DNA of 58,138 nt, filler included, from Sphacelaria rigidula (lineage: Eukaryota), in assembly GCA_964200075.2 (NCBI GenBank). It is 7 parts of 7 records of this genome, joined end to end, with 100 filler letters (N's around TTAATTAATTAA, not from the genome) between each part and the next. Parts side by side here need not be neighbours in the genome. Positions count along the whole stretch, not along the records: positions 41,601 to 49,819 come from CAXNAA020011874.1; positions 49,920 to 58,138 come from CAXNAA020011875.1; 5 more parts are not named here. One strand, written 5' to 3'. Below are positions 48,162 to 58,138 of the stretch, in pieces. The notes below the pieces were generated by a model. That model had not been told where the DNA came from, made no database searches, and worked only from the letters and a program-made list of their open reading frames with translations. Position numbers and translations under genes: made by a program. Within the stretch, counting starts at the first letter, position 1, and every line of letters begins with the position of its first letter.

Positions 48162-48928
48162 GCATGTTGGTCCCAAAATCGGAAGGGGGTGACGATCGGA
48201 TGAGCAAAGGGGACCCCGGGAATGATACGCGCCCCTCACGTGCATGGCTTTGTATTCCAGTAATCCGTGGCGAACCATTCGGTGAAGACTGCACCACACA
48301 CACACAAACACACACACTCACGGTTCGGTTGAGACTCAAATTTAGCCCCTTGCTCTTGGATGTGCCGAAGATGAACGAAACTGGAACACATTCGCGAAAG
48401 GAAATTTGAGAAAAGGACGTCACACAGAAATGGAAGATACAACAAACGGGCTAAACCGGTGAATGCGGGGGGGGAAATGGAGAGACAGAAGGGAGAGGAA
48501 AAACACGAGAAAACGATCCCGACGGAGTCATGAAACGAGATGAATGAAGGAGACAATGAACAACGAACAAGAAATCATCGATCCCTGCAGCATGGCTTCG
48601 GGTAAAAAGGCCACGAAAGGAAAACGAGACAAAAGTTGTGGAGGCTATGTAGCAACCACACTCCTTGTTCAAAACTGCTATCCACGGACGCTAAAAGGGC
48701 GAGACAAGACTACCGCAGTCGAGTGTACCTCAACAGAGCAAAACAATGCACGCACTTTGTACGCAGGCATGATCCATGCTACAGTGAAGCAATCACGTTC
48801 ATCCGAACGCCACAGATAGGTGCACTTCTCCATGGGGTTCTCCATATCAGCCCGTCACTCACTGTCGCACCTGATTCTCATCTCTAGACTTGATCTCTCA
48901 CGTTCAAGCACTCTTGACGTCTTACCTG

Positions 48929-49240
48929 AATCGACAGTACGGAACACAAATCGACTGTTTAACGTTCTTTTTCGAAAGCAACGGACATAAAACTGTTTGC
49001 AGGTAGGAAATGGGGATTTTTACACACGAGAAACTCTGCGTTTCCTCGTGGGCGTTACATGCACGCCCAAAAACTCTGTCGTCCTTCTTTCATACCTGAC
49101 GGGGTAACGCGGAGACCGCAGTTCCTCGGGTCGTAGAAGAGCCATTTCAATGATCTGGACATAGTTTCGAAGACCGAACTGTGTTTTCCAATTTTCCAAT
49201 TGGTTGCTGTCTCAGGCTATTCCACATTCGGCTATAGATT
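48929..49240. repeat. Dispersed repeat (same-orientation copy at ~53188-53480)
   Basis: GTTACATGCAC..CAAAAACTCTGTCGTC.TTCTTTCATACCTG is shared. Confidence 0.8.
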
Positions 49241-49310
49241 TCTGTGACAGAAAACACTCTCGTTTTTTTCGGAATACTTGAAAAAAATCCAGCAGAAGAA
49301 CCTCTCAAAA

Positions 49311-49564
49311 AGACAGCAGAACCTTTCGAAAAACTACTCAAAAGATGACCCCCATTATCGTGACTACAGGGTGGTACACTCGCAACCAGACAACTCTGCA
49401 GTGGTATATGAACTGCAGAACTCTACTCTCAACACCAGACGGCGAACCTTTCGGAAAACTGCTCAAAAGATGACCCCATTATCTTGACTACAGGGTGGTA
49501 CACTCACAACTAGACAACTCTGCGGTGGTGTATGAACTGCAGAGTACCACTCTCAACACCAGAC
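49311..49564. repeat. Tandem duplication, ~125-bp unit
   Basis: GAACCTTTCG.AAAACT.CTCAAAAGATGACCCC...ACTCTCAACACCAGAC twice. Confidence 0.9.
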
Positions 49565-50024
49565 AAGGCAGTTATGCCGTGTTTTCTGGTCGCTCGTGAC
49601 GGACTGTATTCAAGTGCAAAAACTTGTAACCCAGATCTGCACGTTGAGAGATACGGCGGAGTACTACACTCAACAGAAAAACAACACAGATATTCTGCAG
49701 CATCACGAGAAATCACGCGCCGTTCTAATCGCGTTCCGCACGAGAAGGAGAAGAAGCAACAGCAGCAGTATCAGCAGCATCTTTACTGCCAGTAGATGTA
49801 CGCGGCTGGGGGTGGGTCTNNNNNNNNNNNNNNNNNNNNNNNNNNNNNNNNNNNNNNNNNNNNTTAATTAATTAANNNNNNNNNNNNNNNNNNNNNNNNN
49901 NNNNNNNNNNNNNNNNNNNTGTGGGGAAAGCACTGTTTTAGGCTTGAACCTCATCTCGGAGTTAAACCTCAATTCGCACAATTTGTTGTTCACTGGTGAA
50001 TGAGCCGCGACATGCACAGAATGA

Positions 50025-50188
50025 GACGTTACATTCGAACGTCACGCGTGTCAACGTAACTTTATATTAGATGTTACACGTGACATGGAAACATTTCATA
50101 TTACGTTACATGTGACGAAACGTAACGGTATTCTTTTTCACGTGATGAACGTAACGTGAACGTGTAACGTGTAACGTGTAGACCCCTG
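50025..50188. mobile_element. One-ended copy of the GTAACGT-rich hAT MITE (another at ~54660-54897)
   Basis: Ends ...GTAACGTGTAGACCCCTG and ...GTAACGTGTACATCCCTG resemble the right TIR at 29750. Confidence 0.75.
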
Positions 50189-50219
50189 AAAAATAGTTCT
50201 CCCTCCGTCAAAAGTGGTA

Positions 50220-50746
50220 CTTTCTCTGTCCCAGAAGTAAAGGTACCTGAATTTGTACGGGACCTTCACGATGTCCAATTGTTTTCTTTTTTCATGTACT
50301 CTACGGTGTTTTTTGTGTGAAGAAAATGTGTTTAAAATTTGCAGCTCGTGCTTGAACCATGCCGCCGAACGGCTGCAAAAAAGGTAGTTGGCCAAAAAAA
50401 GGCCGATTTTTGCCCCTTTCCGAGGGGAGAAAAAAAGTGTCGATTTTTTTTTTTTTAAATCGCGTGGGACTTTCTGGCAGAAACCCCCAGTAGAGGCGGA
50501 GCCGACTAAAAAAATAATTGACACATTTTCTTTCCCTCGAAAAGGGGCAAAAAACGGCCGTTTTTGGGCCGACTACGTTTGTTGCAGCCGTTCGGCGACA
50601 TGGTTCAAGCACGAGCTGCAAATTTTCAACACATTTTTCTTCACCCAAAAAAACACCGTAGAGTTCATTATTAAAAAAAAAACGATCGGACATCGTGAAG
50701 GGCCCGTACAAATTTAGGTACCTTTACTTATGGGACACAGAGGGAG
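50220..50746. mobile_element. Stowaway/mariner-type fold-back MITE with ~240-bp arms and TA TSD
   Basis: TA|CTTTCTCTGTCCCAGAAGTAAAGGTACC...GGTACCTTTACTTATGGGACACAGAGGGAG|TA. A second CTCCCTCCGT terminus lies at 50199. Confidence 0.88.
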
Positions 50747-52731
50747 TACCCCCTTAACTTTTTTCCGATGAGGTGTTTTTTTTTATTCTGCACTCTGATC
50801 CGAGATATTTGCTCTCTGATCCTGAGATATTTGCACTCTGGAATGAACAAAAAAGCGTTTCCATAAACCCTCTGGTACTCGAGAATAGAGAGTTCCGCAA
50901 AACGTTCTTTCCCATCTTAGTCAAAGTGGAAGGGAAAAAAGCCGGTGACGGTGCACATTCCATTCTGAACTTTTTCTTGAAGCGATTTTTCCAGAGTCAG
51001 AGTGCCGTTTGCACCTGTTCACTCTGAAAATCGTTGTTCCTCTTCAGAGTTCATAGCGGAACGAAAAAGAACCACGTCCACCTTCACCACCATGGTCACG
51101 TCCAGTCCAAAGTCAATATTCCCTGACAAGTAAAGTGGGACATTCACCATCCATCACAACTACCATGCTCATCACAATGGGCCATTCACAAAGCAGAAAA
51201 AAACTTGCTTGGCTTGGCATCGCAATCAGAAGACCTCCCTGACGCCGCCATGGTATCAGCATTAGCTTGGTTGTATTGCGTGAAAATTCAAATGCTCGAC
51301 GGGTACCTGTACACGTTGTGTGGGTAGAGTTCCTCACTCTTGCCATCTAGGTCGAACGATTCGTATTCTACAGCGCACAAGGAGTACTACACCTGGCTAT
51401 ATTACCATTCCGTTAGAGATCATGACGTCTTGCACCACCGCTATGGGTGGCATGTCGAAAAAATCATCACAATGCGGCCTAGATCTGTTGTTTGAAAGTG
51501 CCGCGTACCGTACTACTGTACTACTGTTTGTACAACTGACTTCCTGTGCGGTATCGCTATACAGTAGTTCACCGTATCGCAATGCACTGTACTGTTGTAG
51601 GGTTCTGCATTCCACGCTTTGTACTGTACTGTCTGTACTGCACTGTCTGTACTCTACGCTGCACAGCACTACAGCACTACAACAGTGTCCTAAAGTGCGC
51701 CGTAGTGGATTGAACTACTGCAGGTGCAGTGAATAAGCGTAGTTCACGGTGCGTACGGTGCCGCCGTGTACGGTACAGTCAGTGTTGTGGTGGCTTATGC
51801 ACTTTCGAACTGAACGCTGGGTGATCGTACATTTGGCGGGGCATCCTGCGGCCAATCACTGCGACCAAGCCACGTCACGTCAGCTTACGCTTCGAACTTT
51901 TGAACGTCCCCTCTCAAGTTTCGAAGTTTCCACTCTGCGCTCCGACTCTATGATGAGTAAAAACATCTTCCGCAACTCTCTAATACCTGTATGTCGTGGA
52001 ACGAGTGGTTGCATGGTTTGCGCGCCTTCTTCCTTCTTCTCCCGGTCATAATTTTAACCCAATTCCCTTCCTCAGGATGGATCCGAATCCGTGATGGTTC
52101 CACGGGATCAAGCCATCTCTTCCCCGGTACACGCCGTACATTTGGGATCGCAGATTGGATCAGCACTCCGGCAGCTCCACTCTTGTGAAACAAATAAGTG
52201 TCGTTCAGCTACTCACGTGGTACTCACCTTTTGAATAGCGGAAATCACATACTTCCTCAGAGAAATCTGTTCCAAAATAAGTGAAGTCGGTTACATTATG
52301 CTTACACGGGCCCTTCCTTGGCCGTGTCCGATATGCGTTAGGCGATAATATTTTTGAAATCGTTGGGGCTTTAATACGTGGAACCTTCTTTTTTCCTTTT
52401 TTCCGCGCACAGCCCTACATGGACCTAAGGCGAAAAAGGATCAGTCGGCCCGATAGCGGCCGTATTTCGCCCCATTCCGGGGGGGGAGTGCCGCGGCGTT
52501 GTAAGAGTAAAAAGCGAGGCCGCCCACTCCGACGATAACCTTAGCATCGTGAAGAGCCGAACCAAGACATTGCGGAGCTACTCTGAGACACCCCAGCGGG
52601 GTACCATTCCCGAAACATCACCGCGATAAAATGATTGTTGAATAGTATGTAAAGTTTCTTACATCCCATCGTTCGGAGCACGTAGTCTACCCAACACATA
52701 GCAGTGGATTCTGCAAAATTGGGCCCATCTC

Positions 52732-54260
52732 TAAAATGAGGTTGAAGTGGCATATCTTTTTTGGAGGGATGACGTGAAACAGTCACACAGAGCGAAACCA
52801 TCTTTCCTCCCAACACTCTGCAGCAGTGAAGCAGCTGTGGCTAGATGCACCTAAAGAATGCAGTGTACACGCGTGTCGATGACGGTATCACGAGAGAGAG
52901 AAGCAACGACAGAGCTCGTCGCCCGTGTCCTTTGTGTGTCCTCGCTCGGCGATCATCAATTGCTCGAGAGACTAACACCATGCATGTTACCAGGATGTAC
53001 CCAATTTCTCATGTGCCGGTGGTAGGCATGTTATTATATTGGTGTGCACAGCCCCCCAGAGAACATCGAGGTGCGAGGGGATTTCGTCTCTTTTTACCTG
53101 AGGGAAAGTGGCCGCTGTAGGTCCGGCCAAACGTTCGGAGATACTGTCGAACAGGACACCCAAACTTTGCTGGTATTGGCATACAGCAATCAGTACAGAA
53201 CTGAACAGAAATCGACAGCCTAACGTTCTGATTACAAAGCAACGGGCATGTAACGGTTTGCAAGTGGGAAAACCGAGATTTTCAAAGGGGAGAAACTCTC
53301 CCTTCCCCCATCAGTGTTACATGCACTCGCAAAAACTCTGTCGTCGTTCTTTCATACCTGGCGGGGGGACGGGGAAGCCACAGTTTCTCAGGTAACAAGA
53401 GTCATTTCGATCATGTGGACATAGTTGAGAAAATCGAACTGTTTTGTTTTTATAGCTATTCCGAAATTCGGTACATAAGATGTCGTTAGGGTGGGTGACC
53501 TCTCTGCAGACGGGCACAGTTTCTCAGGTGAAAAAAGTCATTTCGATCATGTGGACATAGTTGAGAAAATCGAACTGTTTTGTTTTTATAGCTATTCCGA
53601 AATTCGGTACATAGGATGTCGTTAGGGTGGGTGACCTCTCTGCAGACGGGAGTCAGTAGAGTAGAGCAACGAAAGCTTCAGATTGCAGCATTGACGCACC
53701 CCTCTGCACCACGCAAGCAACAGTCAGGTCACCACAATAGGTATCTGTTTTCACTCCGCATGTCAAGAAGGTCTCCACAAGTGTTTGATCTCTCGCACAC
53801 GCACACACCCCAACTGACCTGTGGCAGGCTCTTGTGGTCGGGCACCTAGATGGTCACATGTGTCATGTCGGATAAAATCAGCGATGAATAACACCCCCCA
53901 AGACGAAATCCCCCCGCACCTCGATGTTCTTTGGGGGGCTGTGCGCACCAATATAATAACATGCCTACAGGCACATGAGAAATTGGGTACATCCTGGTAA
54001 CATGCATGATGTTAGTCTCTCGAGCAATTGGTAATCGCCGAGCGAGGACACACAAAGGACACGGGTGACGAGCTTCCTCTCTGTCGTTGCTCCTCTCTCT
54101 CGTGATATCGTCATCGACACGCGTGTACACCGCATTCGTTCGGTACACCTAGCCACAACTGCTTCACTGCTGCAGAGTGTTGGGGGGAAAGAAGATTTCG
54201 CTCTCTGTGACTGTTTCGCGTCATCCCCGCAAAAAAGGTATGCCACTTCAACCTCATTTT
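52732..54260. mobile_element. Element with ~360-bp inverted repeats (52732-53089 and 53901-54260)
   Basis: The arms are clear reverse complements. The right arm is cut by the repeat at 54261, so the true termini and TSD are not visible. Confidence 0.8.
53379..53650. repeat. Tandem duplication, 136-bp unit
   Basis: Units 53379-53514 and 53515-53650 are near-identical. Confidence 0.92.
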
Positions 54261-56271
54261 AACAGCCGATCATCTATGTTGAGGATGGTGCTTTTCATTG
54301 AGCATGAGAACCCGGAGGATTAAAATCTTCGTANNNNNNNNNNCAATAACCGAAATGTTGGGGTCCTACGGGAAAATCCAATTTCAGGGTATTTCGGCGA
54401 TCCGATCGCTGGTGCACGTGAACGCCACGTGCACGTGTACGTTATTATACCCGGTTTCTCGATATGAGTGTGGTCAAGATGATTATGATGTTATGATACT
54501 ATTATGCTGTCACAATATAGCTCAATATGTGTAAGGTGGCGCGGAGCGCGCTATTTTGCTGAAATAGTATGTCCCATACCATAGTCATTCAAATCCACTG
54601 GTTTATATTGAACCACGATCTTCTAGGATTTGAAAATTCATCGCAAACTTGAAGTGTCACCGCTTCATGTACCGTGTTTATGACGTTTCATGTAACGTGT
54701 AACGTGATATGAAACGTTTCATATTACGTGTTTTGAACGTTCGGGCAATTTAAAGTTCACGTTACGTTACGCGTGTCACTTAAAAAAAATTAACGCTACG
54801 TGAACGTTTTATTTGAAAACTCAACGTTACGTTCAGGCCAAAACGTAACGTGAACGTAAGGTGTGACACTTTGGCACGTGTAACGTGTACATCCCTGGAA
54901 AATAGAAAATACGGATCCGGGGCCCAATTTTTACCCATTTTTCACACGCTTCAAATCGTAGCAACCGCCGTCAGCTCGGGAATCTAGCGGGAAAAAACAC
55001 ATTTGGTTACTACAGGATCGAATTATACCCGACACCGCGGTATTTCGGTGATGTGGGGTTTTGGCGTCATCTAATTTCCACTGATGATACGCACGAAAGA
55101 GTCAGGAAGCCCCCGTTCGCATGTGTTGTAAACAAGCTCGGATCGCCCTTAAACTTGGCAATTCCGTAGGTAGTGATCCTGCATGCGAACGAAGAAAGAG
55201 TGTCGTCGAAGACATTTCAAATTCGCTCCTTCCTTGATCGGCTTCCGGGGGTCCCAGTGTGGAGACCCCGGGCACGCGGTACAGAATGCCTTAGAAGAAT
55301 AAAATAAAATTATGCGTCCGAAGGTAGTCCGAGAAACAGATGTACAAATTGTGGTTGTAAATAACTCGAAAACCTCCTGCAGTTTTTCTCCTCTTGACGT
55401 GAAATATACTCGAGAAAGACGCTTCTGTACTTGAACCCAGTAATTGGGACTCAGCACGATTCAAGCTCACTTCAGCGCACAAGCGCACAAAACTTCACGC
55501 CGTTTACAGGAGTCAAGACACTGAAACTTCGCACAAATGTGCTATGGGTAATTACGCAACTGTCGATGGACGAGGTTATTTGACTTCCTGACTTCTTTAC
55601 CGTTTTTCGGGGGTCCGACGAGATCCAAGTTTCAAGTTTCCCCGAAAACCCCGAGACCCCCGAGACCCCCAAAAAACGGTGAAAAGTAAAAAAGAAAAGG
55701 ACATAAAAACGTTCATGGAAAGCTATGCAATGACCCATAGCAAAATTGTGAAAAATTCAAGGTCCAACTCCTGAAAACGTACACGGGTAAGCGTATTTTT
55801 CTTATATGTCGAAAAATTCATTTGTTTTGTCTAGTCCGGTGGCACTGTACTATATACTGTACTGTAGCAGACGCGCAGCAAGGATCTTCATCCCGATACA
55901 CTTACACTTTGACGGCAAAAAAGAAAAAGAAAAAAACTTGTGCGACAAAAGTGCTTCTACCTTTTTTATTCACACTTGTTACTCCTCTTTGTCGGGACGA
56001 GTCTGCGGTCTCGAGTGACACAGCCATCTTTCCCCCCGGGACACGTTTTACATTTTGGTATCGCGGATTGAATAATGAACAACGCTCCCGCACCGCGTTG
56101 ACTATCGTCTTTGATAGAACTCAGTCAAACAGTTTTCTCTTTTGCTACCCACATCTTCACGCCCGCGACGACAGGAATCAGATCTCTCGAAGACGAAAAT
56201 TTCAATCTCACTTCGCGGGAATCGAACCCGCGCTTTTCCCATCCTGATGATGTCAATTGTGTACCATTTCA

Positions 56272-56372
56272 CACCCTGAACAAGATATATGGTCAATAGA
56301 TGCAGTAGACAAAAAATGAACTTGGTAAAGTATAGGCCTATTGCATCTACTGACCATAAATTGCTCAAAGTG
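56272..56372. mobile_element. Shorter member of the same MITE family, TSD TTCA
   Basis: TTCA|CACCCTGAACAAGATATATGGTCAATAGATGCA...TTGCTCAAAGTG|TTCA; next to a minus-strand B-box (GGTTCGATTCC, ~56218-56228). Confidence 0.78.
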
Positions 56373-57490
56373 TTCACTATTTCAAGTTTGACTACCGGGG
56401 CGCGGCGTCAGCTCATGTAATACTGCTAATATATCAAATGGCGAAGGAACTCGCGACCCTCTGGAGAAAGACGCACACACGCACCATAACGAACATGCCT
56501 CCAAGGAAACGACAAAGAGCAGGCAGGCACAGCTCTGTCCTTGTCATGACTTACCCGTACACCCTTCACTTACATGAGTCAAAGTCATCTCGGGGATCGC
56601 ACGGCAATCAATTCTGCCAAAAGAAAGGGGTGACGCACGTACGCCTACGTAACTACAATAGAAGGAGTCATTTTGTCACGCAGGATAGCACAAGTGAATC
56701 AACTCTTCACAATAGCGTCACTTCACCCGCTCACTAGACACGACCAAAAAAATCAACGAGGAAAAACAAAAGGAGAGAGAGAGAAGAAGCTTGTTATATT
56801 GTCGTCCCCTCGTCCTGAAAAATGTGTTTTTAAATTGAATGGCGTTCAAAAAAATCCTACAGGAGTTTTTCTCAGACGTACGTCAAAACGTCGCCCACTC
56901 CCAGCAACGGCATACCTCGTACTACCCATCTTGAGAGGTCACGGACCTGATGCGCTGATCTTTACAACGTGGGGCCCAAAGGTAGTAAGGTAGACATTAT
57001 ATTCCACCACACCCTATAATAAACATGACTTGCTACATGAAGCAAAACTACAGTATAGCGTACATCGTACACTCTACCACATTCCTGATGCTACCGAAAC
57101 ACCAAAAGTTACCGGAGGTTCCAAGGGATGTCCCAACAAAAGGCCGCAAAAGAAAGAGAGTAATTCGCTAAAGCTAGTTTACACGTTGGAATAAACGCAT
57201 GCTACACCAAGTACGAGCAACTTCACTTCCTACAGAAACAAATTGGACACGCATCAATTACCACATTTCTTCTCACCGCCTAAACCATGCACCGCACGTC
57301 AAACAAAACTCTTTTTTTGCACCTACTCGTGCCTTACACTTTTGACTGATGCGGGCGGGACGTGGAGTGGGGAGGGGAGGGAGGGGGGGGGGGGGGATGC
57401 CCCAATTTTTTCTCAGCCAAAAAAATTAACCACCGGTGGGAATGTATGTTTNNNNNNNNNNTCTTTTTTGTCCTCCCGCCGCGGTGGTTG

Positions 57491-57491
<1 letters not shown>

Positions 57492-57552
<61 letters not shown>
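57492..57552. repeat. 61-nt poly-G run
   Basis: Read directly; it lies beside a 10-N gap, so the length may be unreliable. Confidence 0.8.
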
Positions 57553-57554
<2 letters not shown>

Positions 57555-58138
57555 GCACCAATATATCGTCAGCCAAAACAATTAACCACGTGTTGAAATG
57601 TATGTTTACTCATCTCCGTAAGGGAGCCGTACTGCCACGTCTGCCGCTTTATCGCAAGCTGGGTACTCTGTCCTTTGCCTGAAGGTACTAGAACTAAAAA
57701 GCACAAACACGCAGAGGGCAGATAACGAAGCGATGGAGGATGCCAGGGGTAGGGGATGGGGAAGAGATGAGCGGTATCGAATATATTCATCGCTGGGTCT
57801 GGGTGATCGAACTCGTCTGTTGTCGGTCAGCTTTGGCGGATTCTGGGAGTTCGAATACCAACATGTTGTGATTAAACAGGTGGCGTTTATGTCGAAAACC
57901 TGGTTCCCGCATCGTTGAAAGTGTCAACGAGTCAGTAACGAGTAAAGAACGGGAAAAATTCGATGCAAAAAGTCGATGGGCGGACTGTGGAAACGATAGT
58001 CCATCCCGTGATGACAATTTACATGTCAGGTAGAGGCACGAACCAGGGGAGAGATCGATTGATGCCTTGACAACTACGGATTCCTCCCGAGATCGGGAGC
58101 AGACAGCGGGAGCGGGGGGTGTACTCATGATCATGCCT

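Noticed and set aside
8221..49919. Regularly spaced TTAATTAATTAA motif as a biological periodic array
   Set aside because: It is always embedded in identical N runs; it is an assembly spacer.
27755..53650. Tandem duplications as CRISPR-like arrays
   Set aside because: Each has only two or three whole-unit copies, with no constant-repeat/unique-spacer pattern and no cas genes.
55076..55110. CTGATGA...CGAAA hammerhead candidate
   Set aside because: Stems II and III cannot pair, and stem I mismatches next to the core.

Overview
Eukaryotic, transposon-rich genomic DNA, most likely from a brown alga or another stramenopile (inference from long GT-AG introns, TTAGGG tracts and protein style). The window is not one locus. 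It is seven pieces of 8220/8219 bp joined by identical 100-bp N-TTAATTAATTAA-N linkers, so neighbourhood across linkers carries no information. Two host genes are visible: a complete six-exon TRM1 (tRNA m2,2G26 methyltransferase; minus strand, 34482-40131, 827 aa by my splice model) and the last four exons of the mitochondrial processing peptidase alpha subunit (plus strand, 43143-47391). The rest is mobile DNA: a decayed chromodomain-bearing Ty3/Gypsy element (2233-8150), MITEs with readable TIRs and TSDs (Sola-like, hAT-like, piggyBac-like, Stowaway/mariner-like), a hAT relic, a probable KDZ-type transposase relic, tRNA-derived SINE heads (one pair forming a 90-bp palindrome), long inverted repeats and dispersed repeats. 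I see no CRISPR array, no rRNA and no convincing intact tRNA. I found no clearly new biological system; the best leads are uncharacterised repeat and transposon families.
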